Made by a program: the position numbers and the translations under genes. Positions 10,057-21,498 of a DNA stretch of 64,000 nucleotides are shown piece by piece. The notes beneath the pieces were generated by a model, which saw only the letters and a list, made by a program, of their open reading frames with translations, was not told the origin of the DNA and searched no databases. Position 1 is the stretch's first letter. Each line of letters begins with the position of its first letter. The DNA lies in assembly GCA_001949185.1 (NCBI GenBank), contig BDGG01000010.1:1125773-1189772 (forward strand), in the 5' to 3' direction. The stretch comes from Ramazzottius varieornatus (lineage: Eukaryota > Animalia > Tardigrada).

Positions 10057-10395
10057 TCACCATACATTTCGAAGATTCCAGTTTGACCAGCACCAGTGTT
10101 TCGTTCTGATCTTCTGTTTCTGCTTGTGCCGAGGCCGGAGACGACATTCCACGTACCTTATGCCTTGACGCTTGGCGAAGTAACAGCCATCACAGCGCAG
10201 TGTCAGGATATCCCGCACCACATAGGTCCTGCAAGGTGCAACTCCCCATAAAGACGGCGCGGTTGGCCACACAACCGTCGGCGGTGATACCGCACTGCAG
10301 ATGGCTATTGAAGGTGGAAGAAGCGAAGGGGGCCTGGGAAAAGCGAAGGCGAGAGTGCGGAGGACGGCTTGTCTTCCGAGATTCAGGATCGACAT
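10057..10395 (-). CDS. MRPL36: Mitochondrial ribosomal protein bL36m, copy 1
   Basis: Transit-like N-terminus then YVVRDILTLRCDGCYFAKRQGIRYVECRLRPRHKQKQ (CxxC...C...H Zn ribbon). Confidence 0.85.
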   Translation of the reverse strand: MSILNLGRQAVLRTLAFAFPRPPSLLPPSIAICSAVSPPTVVWPTAPSLWGVAPCRTYVVRDILTLRCDGCYFAKRQGIRYVECRLRPRHKQKQKIRTKHWCWSNWNLRNVW

Positions 10396-10751
10396 GTCTG
10401 CGTTCACTCCTTGCTTCGGAAGTGCTCACACCAGTCACACGTATGCACGATCAGGAGCCGTTCTGTGAATATCCTCCTTCCGAACTTCAGCAGGCATCCG
10501 CTCGTTGACCCGGACCTCGAGCTCTTTTGTGTGCTCGTCCGAAGATGGTAAACTTCAAAGATCAAACAAAAGATGAAGGATACGAAGAAAGAGGAGCACT
10601 TGGCAGTGATATATCTGCGGTCTGGAAGATCCCGATTGGCTGACTTCGTATACGACATTTGCTCTGTTTTAACAAACACACGTTGAAAATACCGTAGAAA
10701 AACTTCCCCTGACGTCACCAAAGAAGGAGTGCTTAACCGGTCGTCACTCTA

Positions 10752-12236
10752 CAGTACCATTGCGGTCAGAAACGTGAGGACATGGAAAAATCAATCAATC
10801 AAAACCCAAGGCAGAGTTCGGGGCGGTATTACAATCAAAAGTTTTGATAAATTTTATTGAATGCACTCTCTGAATCACCACTTGGTTCGCAGACCATTAT
10901 TGAGAAGAAGATCCTCCAAACGCCTTTCCATCGTTCCGTACAACTTCTTACAGAGCTCAGGGGTTACTAATTTATCCCATGCTTCATACAACAACCTCTC
11001 TAAATCTGGCGTCGTATTCGGACACCTCTTTCCGATGTACTGCCACATGATATTCCAAACATTCTCGATGAGATTCATATCCGGAGATAACGGTGGCCAC
11101 GGGAGAACGGATAATCGACACTTTTTGAGATAGGCTTGGACTAGCTTGGCCTTGTGAGATGGTGCGTTATCGTGCATCCAAATGACTCGCTTCTTCTTCT
11201 TGCGACGTTCCCTGATCTTTGGTATTACTTCCTTGGCGAGCAGCACCGAGTAACTGAAGCGGTTGATGGATCCGTCAACGATGAAGAACGATAGTGGTCC
11301 GTCGCGAGTAATCGCGCCGTGGCACATCACGCTGAAGCGTCCAGGTGGAAGTTTTCTCTGGAAGTCTGCGTTGTAACGACTTTCACCAGGAAAACGCCTA
11401 ATCTGAACAAAGACCACGATCGATATTTGTTACAGTATCTTCCCAACGGTTTTGCGCATGAAATATAACGCCTGCACTTACTGTATGCCGCTCACAGTCA
11501 AACTTGGCACTGGCTTCATCGCTGAAGACAACGTAGTTCAGGCAGTTCTTGTCTTTTCTCAGCTTGTCCAGCATGTCCAGAGCCCAAATTACGCGCATGG
11601 TGCGATGGTGGTAAGTCAGAGGATTCTTCACGGGAGTGACAATCCTGGCCTGTAGCTGCTGTAGACGACGTCGCACGGTACGCTCACTGACCTTGCTTTC
11701 TTTTCCGGTAAGAGCTTGTTCACACTCCGCCGCGATCTTACCGGGTCTGCTCGCAGGCCAGTTCCGGGCTTTATGGTTGTGGGCAAGAAGTCGCAGGGTG
11801 TCTTCGAAATGGTCCGAAGTTTTCCGTTGGGTTCCTTTCTTCTTAGCAATGTCACCACTCAGACGTCGACGCCGCAGAAGATCAGATGCCCACTTTCGAG
11901 AATGCCCAAAGTAACGTCCAATTTGGCTCCAGCTGATGTCGTCTTTCCTCATTCTTCTGACTGCTCTCACCACCACGTCACTAACCCTGTGGCCTCGGCT
12001 CATTCTCGACTATATTACAAAACACAATGACAGAGGTAGAGATGGATATCACAGAAGAGATTACAGGAACTAAGAAGTAAGACTCCCGGCATCACAAAGG
12101 AACACCTGTTACGCCTGAAAACAGCTGACTGAACCGAAAACGTTGATCAAGGCTTTTGATTGCCGTGACGTCACGTCATGCGGTCGGTTCTGATAGATTT
12201 ATTGGCCATGTCCTCACGTTTCTGACCGCAATGGTA
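10752..12236 (-). mobile_element. Tc1 family DNA transposon (DD34E)
   Basis: TIR (CAG)TACCATTGCGGTCAGAAACGTGAGGACATGG at both ends; TA on the left; right end lacks the terminal CTG+TA. Confidence 0.93.
10875..12003 (-). CDS. Tc1 transposase, two exons (12003-11482, 11402-10875)
   Basis: HTH region, FSDE, HDNAPSH, SPDMNLIENVW with 34 residues between D and E; 79-nt GTAAGT...TTCAG intron joins the ORFs in frame. Confidence 0.9.
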
Positions 12237-12297
12237 TTCCAGGTGTATAAATAGTTGCAGGATGGGACTTCGGACCAATTTTTTTCAGGCGTCCGTC

Positions 12298-14006
12298 ATG
12301 GAGTTCCATGCCAGGAGAGACAGCAAAAACGTAGGTGTCGTTTTCTTCGGTTTATTTTTATTATGTTTTATGAGTAGTGTTGCTGCCAGCATTCTAACTT
12401 ATTGTTAGTGCTTGATTTCTTTTTCAGCAAGTTCGAGGGGAGATGTGCTGCGAAGGACCATGCCAGAGCAAGACAGCAGCACAGTTTTCCCTTCCTCTGA
12501 GACGCGACAGCAGGAAGAGCATGTCCGCCGGAAAAGCCCGTGACCTCCTCAGCCATCTGCAACGACAGTAGTGATGTTGGCGTATATCAATATTATATTA
12601 AATTAGATCTTATTAGATGCTTTTTGCATCTAATATATTATATTAACATTTATTAGATGCCTCGAAAGAGGCAGGATATTTATTAGTATTAAATTAGATG
12701 GAAGCCAGGGCTGAATATATTATATTAAAATCAACTCGCACGGCGCTCTATATTAAAATTATTAATATGCGATTCCAAAATACGGCTTGATTCGCGCCAA
12801 GCGAAAGCGCAGGACGCCAGGACTCTGCACAGTGCGCTGTTGGGTTGGATCATAATGCATCACGCACCTGCACGTCAACGTTTATCAGTCAGCGTTAAGG
12901 GTTGTAAATCGATTGTCAACTTCGTTTGATTGGCTGATGCAGGTTCATGGGTCCAGCGATCCACCTGCGTGCTCGCAATGCTCATTGCTGAATGCGAAGC
13001 TGTCTGCTTTTCCAGGTTCGGTTTCGCGCTTTCGAATGCTTTGTGTGTCATTTCTCTAGAAATTGCAGGACAGTATAAGGTTATCAGCATGGTTGGAAAA
13101 GAAGGGAGCTCTCCCACCGTCAAGCAGAAGAGACAGTAGCCGACAAGGACCGCTGTGAATTGAGGGAAGGTGACGAAGGGTGCTGCAGTCAGTCCAGCCA
13201 GCATCGATATCGTCGGCGTCTCTCTTGTTAGCCCTATTCACCAAGCCACCTTTAAAGCGCTAGCGTTCTGGTGGACCAAAAAAGAGTTCCACGTGAGCGA
13301 CGAGGAGAAGGGAATAACACCCTGTCTTGCTTGTAGGCGCGTGGTCACGCCGGACGGACATACCGAAAACGCTGTAAGCCATCTGAGAAACAACCATAAG
13401 GACGTCTTCCTCAAGTTCGAGGAAGCTGAAAGAGAGCGTAAAGTTACCGCGGAGAAGCATGTGTGCTCGGCTAGTGCAAAAAGGAGAATTCCCTGGGTTC
13501 GGTAACACCAAAGCGATGTTGGGTCGCGGCATATTATATTAACATTATATTCGAACTGTGGCAGCTCGGCCTTATTAAATCAAAATTATATTAAGTTGGA
13601 ATACCCTTATGCCAACATCACTAAACGACATCATGGGAATCAGGGAGACACCTTCAGAGTCGTCTGGATGCCCTGCAATCATGCTCATCCAACGATGGTG
13701 CGCAGTATGGACGACTTCGACTACAAAGACGGATGCCCAACTCCAGGCTGCCGAACACCGCAGACACCACCAACAGCCCCAGCTCCACTTCCAGCTCCAC
13801 TTCCTGCACCGGCCTCAGTTCCTGAACCGGCTCAAGTTCTTGCAGTGGCTCCATTTCCTGCACCGACTGCAGCCCCTCGTTCTCGGCCACCATCCCTGAA
13901 GCTACCACCACACGACCCCAGCACTGCGTTATCACGGCCTCCGCCGTTTCCGGATAGCTTAGATTTGACTTTTGACCAAATGTGGGTGGAACATCTGTCT
14001 CGTTGA
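12298..14006 (+). pseudogene. Unknown Cys/His + Pro-rich gene, copy 1, interrupted by a hAT fragment
   Basis: TATA-like box at about 12245; exon 1 MEFHARRDSKN|GT; exon 2 ...CCEGPC...LLSHLQRQ cut at 12570; 3' part PCNHAHP...GCPTPGC + Pro-rich; paralogous to 19960-20369. Confidence 0.55.
12570..13594 (+). mobile_element. Truncated hAT-like element with BED zinc-finger fragment
   Basis: Begins TAGTGATG; AT-rich subterminal repeats (TATTATATTA, TATTAGATG); ORF 13170-13505 WW..EF...CLAC...T.NAVSHLRNNH. Confidence 0.65.
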
Positions 14007-14256
14007 TTGATTGATGTGCTGGATTTTGTTCCATGTTTCTATTCATTTGGTTCCATTAAAAATTCATCATAGACCAGATTTTAACTTGCGAGCAGTGACG
14101 TAGCACATTTTGATTGGATTTTTTATTAATTTGTAACTCGAATCTGTGATTTCTAACGAAAACTGGACGTGAAAACAAAACTTATCAGCAGGGTTGTGCT
14201 GCTGTGACCAGAGAACGGAGTAATGCCACAGTGATTGCGACGTCAGCTTCCGCGGA

Positions 14257-14795
14257 CGAGGGGATTATGCCTGTCCCCACCTCCCGACGGTCAAACCGTC
14301 CCGCCAGAACGATAGAGGAGAGTCTATTCTATGGTACGAGCCAGGGAGCTAAATCCCGCGATGATCCTGGAATGAACTATGGGACTCGGAAACGAACGTC
14401 CATTGACCGCTCCAGTATGCTGCAGTGACGTTGAGCTCTTTGATTGGGAGCGTTGATTGAAGACATTACAGACAAGCCGCTCAGCTGACTGAGCTGAGCA
14501 ACAGGACGACCGAACAGTGTGCCAAAACTGGTCGATGATGCTCGATAGCACACCATCCAGCCCTAATCTGACGGAACAGCTGATCGACTGAGTTGCAATC
14601 TGTTCAATCAAACTTCCAATCAAAGATCTTACGTCACTGCAGTATCTGAGGTCCGTCACTCCCTAGCCCTGTAGTTTATTCCATGATCATCGCGGGATTT
14701 AGCTCCCTGGCCCATATCATAGGAGAGACTCTCCTCTAGCGTTCTGGCGGGACGGTTTAACCGTCGGGAGGTGGGGACAGACATAATCCCCTCGT
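14257..14795. mobile_element. Fold-back MITE with long TIRs (ACGAGGGGATTA end), copy 1
   Basis: About 110-bp near-perfect TIRs plus a weaker inner palindrome; related to 18143-18662. Confidence 0.85.
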
Positions 14796-15059
14796 GAGAC
14801 GGGTGGTCGAGCAGGCTTTTACAATGGTACAGTTTTCTTCAACGCGACTTCGGGATGTCACACGGGTCTTTCAGGCAACTCTGGTAAAAATCGCTGTTGA
14901 TGACGTAACAGTTACCATATCAGGACCTGCGCCAAACGGCTTTACATAAACGGCCACGACCGATGGCTGGCAAGGCATAAGAGGCGTTTTGCGCATGAGC
15001 GTGTGCGTTTAACCAGCGCGACATGCCTGCACCCATATAAAAGCTGCACAATGTGCAGT

Positions 15060-15590
15060 ACTCGTCTCTGGTCTCTGGTAAAGGAAACCTGGTCTCTGGT
15101 AACGAAGCTCTCTGTACTGTTTCAAAATCAAGAATCATTGCCTGCTCGAGCACCTGTGCAGAACCCGACGGGACGGACGGAATTCTGTTAGCAAACACTG
15201 TGGTAATGCCGTGTGAATCTATGGTGGAGATTTACTCGAAGCGCCCTGACCCGGAAATTGGATGTGATCGCGAAATCCAGATATATTCGGACGATGAAAA
15301 GTACATCAAGATCATGCTCAGGATCTTCTGGTCTCTGATGTTCTTCCGCGGAGTGAACGGTGAGAGCATTATACAGATTGCGAGGACAGGTCAGGTCTCA
15401 TAAAGAACCACTCTCATCTTTCGGTCTCATGTTTCGACCGGCTGTGGGCCGGCTCGAACTTACTGAATCACCGCTATTGGCCGACTCGGAATCCGAGACT
15501 TCGATTCGGAGACCGACCCCGGCTGGTCTCATCGAAATCTGAAATTTCGATGAGACCGCTTTCTGAGACCGTCCCGTAAATTATCCCCTC
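15060..15590. repeat. Region of dispersed GGTCTC/GAGACC motifs ending in TTATCCCCTC (probable transposon end)
   Basis: About 9 motif copies; terminus resembles the neighbouring MITE end. Confidence 0.35.
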
Positions 15591-18142
15591 TAACTTTTGC
15601 GTATCTCTCCGCGACACACAGCCTGAAGACTGCCCTTTCGAGATTTTGGACCTCTGTGTACGGTATCTAGCTTTTGCATGGGTATTACATACGAATATAA
15701 CCCCGTTTCAACGGCGCACTTCCACTTCATACATGATGCCCGAGGAATCGTGACTTCAGCGTGGAGATTCGGTTTTATCCGCGAACTTCCAGATTACGAG
15801 ATGCTGGGAGCCTGGCTAGCCGGCTGACACTCCGACGGATGAGAGTGGTAGGACTCACGGACGCCATGTAATCTCGACGCGACGGGCACTGAGCAGCAAT
15901 GCTGAGGATTTCATGTCATCCGCGATGAATGCTCTTTCCACGAATGAGCCAGAGAGTCTGAGCGGATTCCGCTGCGGATATGTGATCTCTGCTGGTTCGA
16001 TTAGCCGGCTGGCCAGGCTTGGGGCAATGGAAAGCTGTACGGGTGCTAGAGTCCTGACGACGTGGTTGGCAAGTTTCAATGGGAAAACAGACGTTCCCTC
16101 GCACCGAGTTTTGAGATATTTTCGTCGATCTGGCTCCTTTGACTTTCGCCTTCTCATGCGTCGTTGGCGTCTCCTTTTTCGTGCCATGAGAAGTGTTAAG
16201 ACTGGCCAGAGAGGGTAGAACGTAGTCAAGAATGTACTTACAGATCCGTCCCATTCTTACTTCCGGTCAGCACAGCAGACATTGCGATATGAGAGTGCAC
16301 AACGTGAGACCGCGAGGCGAAATTCGTCGCACGCAGCAGTGATGACGTCACTATGAACTGTCATAAAGCTTGATTAGGGCGGAGTTGATTTGTCCAAATC
16401 TGAGATTGGAACCTGACAGTCGCGAGTATGAGGGCAGTTTATGAGAGCAGACCTGTCCTCGCAGAATCTATATTCAGGGCAGGCTGAGAGGACAGTGATC
16501 TCCAAGAAGCAACTGGGTCGAAGTCTCGGTTTCCAGAAAGACTGCTAGATGAGGCTCCTCATCATCGAACGAGTCGCCATCCAGCACGACCGACGTCACT
16601 ATGTAAGTTTGATCACGTTGGCACTCGTGTACATCTTTACCCCAGTTTCATTAATCTAATTTATTACTACGACTAAGTTCCTATTCTTTTGTCCGTGCTT
16701 TCAGGCAAAAACTACTGGGCCGAATTTTTGGAAATTTTTTATATAGTCTGATATCAGAAATCTCATGTACCTAAAGCTATTTTCGTGATGGTTCTGTTGT
16801 GTGCATATTTTTATGAGATTTTTGCTTTTCATAACTTTTCTTATGAGTGTGATTTTGAGAATATTGCTTAGCAAAGAAAATCGATCATTACTACGACTAA
16901 GTCAGTGATATGACCTTGCGTGAAGAGTGTCTTTCCTTTGGAACGTCGTTTGACCTTTGAAGGATACTGTCGTGTCACTGTGCAAGATGGCACATAATAA
17001 GAGGAAGTGTACCTCCACGAACACCGCAAGGAAGCGAGCCAGGACTGACGCAGTTCGTAAAGCAGTTAAACGTGCCGCTGAATCTGAAGAAACTTCAAGT
17101 AAAAATGGATCCAAGGTGGTCGCTCGCGCTCGGCTCGCCCGCAGCTTGCTATGAGTGGGTGGCGTAGGTACTGAATCTTGTTTTGAATAGAAACTGGTTG
17201 GTTGTTTTAGCTGGTGAGAAGGGATTGCCAGTCTAATTATAACTGCGACTAAGTATTTATTTTTTGTCTATCTTTTCTGGCAAAACCCATTGATCCAAAT
17301 TGGGCAAAATTTTGCACACAATTTCAGAAAACAATTTGTAGGGAGCTGAAGCGGTTTCCATTGCCTTACACTTCAATATGATTTTTATCCAAATTTTTCT
17401 GGACCATTTTACTTGGCATACGAGAACCCTTCGGATATACCCCAAGCCAGTTGCTTAGGATAGAGAGATACTTTGTAGACGTGACCTTTCGGAAGGTGTG
17501 ACGGGCTGGATCTCAAAAATGGTCACTCGGAAGGTCATCATAGGAGATAGGATGAAAGTTTTGCTGACAGGTCAAAGGTAGAATAGGTTTCCAATTGGGA
17601 AAGGTCCACCGCATGAAACTGACAAATTCTTCCGGCAGACCTTTAATCAAGTCATCCAGAACTGGCGAACATCCGCGTCAGACTCAAAAGATGAAATTCG
17701 GCATAAGCGCGGACTGCCCACCTTTCCGAAAGGCGAAGGGCTCTGGTCGAACAGGTGTCTGATTCATGTACTGCGGTCCTGAAACCTACTTTTCGCCTCA
17801 AACTTCAATCGTCATTCGATAAATTCATGCAACATGATCTGCGGACACCAATTCTGAGCTGTTGTAGTATTCCGCAAATTTACAGGACGGCAGCACATGC
17901 ACTGTTTGTCTGCTCTGAACGTTGCTTCATTGTTATGAGAAGTATCTCTGAACCTGGTCTGTTGTTCGGAAGAGGAAAAACAGAAAATTTGGAGAGAACG
18001 TATCCAAAGTTTCCCTCTCAGTCCCACAGACTGCAACTGAATCAAGTCGATTGCTATCCTATATTGACAGGTTTTATACCTACGAACTCTGACTTTTAGA
18101 ATACATGAGGTTCTGTCTCAGGACCACAGCCTACAAGTATAT

Positions 18143-18662
18143 TACGTCAATCGTTTAATCTCCATGCCCAAACCGATACTGCAGGAAAATAGAAGAGAGT
18201 CTTCTCTACAGGATTTGCCATATACCTAGTCAGAAGAGAAATCCTGGATGATACTGCGGGATTCGGAAGTTAGAATTCCTAGTCGCTGCAGTGACGTGAG
18301 GATCTTTGATTGAGAATCTGATTGAACACAAAATTGCTCTGCGGACCAGCTGTTTTGACACTCTGGCACAGAAATGGTGTGACAGAGCACACCATATGTG
18401 CATGATAGCACTGCGTCCGGTTCCAGCCTAATAAAATAGCTCATATATCCCGGCTGAGCAGTTTTGTGCTCAATTAGATTCGCAATCAAAGATCCTCACG
18501 TCACTGCAGCGACTAGGATTTCTAACTTCCGAATCCCGCAGTATCATCCGAGATTATTTTTCTGACTAGGAATACAGCTTATCCTGTAGAGGAGACTCTC
18601 CTCTATTTTTCTGCAATTTCGGTTTGAGCATCGGGATTTAACGATTGGCTTAATCCCCTCGT
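18143..18662. mobile_element. Fold-back MITE, family copy 2
   Basis: Long internal palindrome (GATACTGCGGGATTCGGAAGTTAG.../...CTAACTTCCGAATCCCGCAGTATC); right end TAATCCCCTCGT as in 14795. Confidence 0.8.
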
Positions 18663-18765
18663 CAGGTGATTTTGATTGTATCAGTCTAACTATGTAGTTC
18701 AATCCAGTCAGACTGAGCTGATGGGGTATAGAGTAATGTAAGGTAACAGCTGCAAAACCTAAGTT

Positions 18766-18829
18766 AGCGAACCGTGCAGAAAGGATTGCGGAGCAGCAAG
18801 TCAAGAGCACGCACATCAAGTTCGAGTGA
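18766..18829 (+). pseudogene. Orphan duplicate of LARP7 last exon
   Basis: Near-identical to 9547-9610 (NRAERI.EQQVKSTHIKFE*) with no upstream LARP7 exons. Confidence 0.85.
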
Positions 18830-19247
18830 TTGCACTTCCGTCACGGAGGTTGGAAACAGAAAACCTTGTCTTTTCGATATATCGTTCCTTGTTGCTTTTT
18901 GATACCCAACATTTTGTGTCTTGCTGTTTTCTGTTCGAATGATGCAATCTTCCTTATCTGACCCGAGTTTTTCACGGAATTCACACGGGCGTTTGTTTGC
19001 CTCAGTCTTCAGCTTTACTTAATTCCGGCAGTACTTCCATAAGCACATAAAGTGATGCACAGCTCCAACATGCAGTATTTGATTTCGAATTCAGAAGCTG
19101 ATGATGTCATTCCCATTCTATCACCGAGCCACGAATGTGTGCAAGATCTTCGCAAACGTAAAGAACCCGGAAGGCAACAGGGCAGGAAACTGCAGTATGT
19201 ATTCGCTATGTAACCATAAAACACGCAGTGGATGTCACGAAATTAAA

Positions 19248-19586
19248 TTACCATACATTTCGAAGATTCCAGTTTGACCAGCACCAGTGTTTCGTTCTGA
19301 TCTTCTGTTTCTGCTTGTGCCGAGGCCGGAGACGACATTCCACGTACCTTATGCCTTGACGCTTGGCGAAGTAACAGCCATCACAGCGCAGTGTCAGGAT
19401 ATCCCGCACCACATAGGTCCTGCAAGGTGCAACTCCCCATAAGGACGGCGCAACTGGTGATAAAACCGTCGGCGGTGACAGCGCACTACAAATGGCCGTC
19501 GAGGGTAGAGGAAACGTAGGTATCCTGGGAAGGGCGGAGACGAGAGCCCGGAGAATGGCTTGTCTTCCAGCAATCAGGATCAACAT
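19248..19586 (-). CDS. MRPL36: Mitochondrial ribosomal protein bL36m, copy 2
   Basis: Mature domain identical to copy 1; presequence diverged but in frame. Confidence 0.85.
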   Translation of the reverse strand: MLILIAGRQAILRALVSALPRIPTFPLPSTAICSALSPPTVLSPVAPSLWGVAPCRTYVVRDILTLRCDGCYFAKRQGIRYVECRLRPRHKQKQKIRTKHWCWSNWNLRNVW

Positions 19587-19959
19587 GTTGCCAAAGCTGC
19601 ACCACGAGGTGTTTGCTGGCTTTGACCCGGATCTAGAACTCCTTTGTCTCCTCGTCCGAATCCGTAAACATGAAAGAGACCAGATCACAAGATACGGACA
19701 GGCAGGAAGGAGGAGGACTTGGGAATGCGAACTTAACACTAAAATTACTGATTCGCTAGTTCTCAACACATCATACGCATGGTTTTAACATGGACAACCA
19801 TTTAAATATTATAGACATCAAGAAGATGACGCCACCCAAGGAGGTTCTGACCACAGTCCGTACACTACAAGATTCCAGGTATATAAATGGCCGCAGAACG
19901 GGATTTCGGACCATAGTTTCTCCTCTAAGTTTTTTACGTGCCTTTGAATTGCTTTCACA

Positions 19960-20369
19960 ATGGAGTTTTTGCCAAAGCGGAACAAGAACGATGTAAGTCT
20001 CATTTCTTTTTGATTTTACAAATGGCGGCCTGCTTTTCAGTTCGTGTGAAAGGTGCCAGCTCTCAGAAGAAAGCCGCCGGATTGGCTCAACATCAGCGGA
20101 TTTACCACGGACTCGACGGTTCCGCTTTTCAGGTCACGTGGGTGCCTTGTGGGCATGTCCACCCCCACCTGGTGGACACCATCGCCAACTTCAATTACCA
20201 CCAGGGCTGCCCGTCGGATGGCTGCGTAAACCCTCCACCGCTGGCACCAACACCATCACCACCCCCGCCTCCTGCAGTTGCGCCACCCTCACCCCCGACA
20301 GATGTCGACATGGACATTCTCTTCCTGGACTATCTCGATTGGTTCTACAATGGCCCGTGTTTAGCTTAA
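19960..20369 (+). CDS. Unknown Cys/His + Pro-rich gene, copy 2 (possibly degenerate)
   Basis: TATATAAA at about 19880; exon 1 MEFLPKRNKND|GTAAGT; LAQHQRIYHG...PCGHVHP...GCPSDGC + Pro-rich + acidic/aromatic tail; the obvious splice gives an early stop. Confidence 0.45.
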
Positions 20370-21498
20370 AATTAATTTCTGAATGGCTGTCTTGATTCGG
20401 CACTGTGATATTCTCCAGTTCTTCTCGAGCTCTTCGTAACACTACTGGTTTTAGCGCAAATAGTGCTTCTTAACCGTTAAAATGAGGTACGTGACGTAAT
20501 GAACAATTTTTGTGAGTTTTTTAACGGAAATAAAGTTGCTCCTTGCTTCGTTGCTGTAGTAAATAGTCCAGACTGAAGTTTTCGCTTCCGTCGTTACTAC
20601 TGACCCGTCATGTTCTCACTTCTTCAGATCTGAGGTTACAGAATATCAGGAGCATCACAGACGCAACTGAGCAAGGCGACCGCGCTCGTATCGGACAGTA
20701 GGAGCTCTGACATTCCCTCGTTTCGTTCTTCTCCACAGCGGCATCGACTCCAACTATCCCAAAACAGTCGACGGTTAAGCAGTAATCTCGCGACGACGAC
20801 GATGAACCCGTTTCGCAAGTCATATGTAGGTTTTATGCTGTGCAGCTATCCACGCCGCCAGCTGCTGTTAAACCGAACTGTGAACTGACGGAAGTACGTA
20901 GAACAGAACTGGCTGATCATCCAAACTCACTCTTACAGTTTTTGCATTCGTGTACAGATGATCGAGAAGCTGCCGAGGAAGACGATGTGGTAGCCAAGCA
21001 TACGCACGCATCTTTCTCGTGGTTGCATCCGGGTAAGATAAGGTAGCTCTGGAACTACCTTATCACTTGTGCTATTGAGTTCGTTCTTTGTAGTGACAAG
21101 TCTGATGGTCTTCTCAAGGACCTGATTACCCAAGGTCTGACTCCACGAACTCTAATGGTACCGAAAGACCTGAAGTGTACATCTACTCTGGAACAGTGGT
21201 GGAAGCTGAAAGCAGACGACTGACTGTATCTTGTTTTTTATGGTAAGTTCTTTAAAGCTCTTCGTCGCAAGACGAACTACCAGTTTAGCTGGGAAAGTTC
21301 TACGAGATGTATCACATGGATGCACTAAATGGAGGTTTGCCGTCTTTTTCTTCTAGTGATGTTCGATGCTCGAGCGCAGCGTCAACCACAGAGTCCTTGA
21401 TAGACGTCCCGAAGCTACTGACTTTGTTCAGAGGACCTTAGTTGCATCCAGTGTGGAAGAAGAAACCGGACACGATCACTCTGCGCAACTCCACTCTA

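Noticed and set aside
15600-17800. Short ORFs and a thrice-repeated ACTACGACTAAGT-like motif
   Set aside because: No recognisable domain, irregular spacing, not CRISPR-like; probably decayed gene or TE sequence
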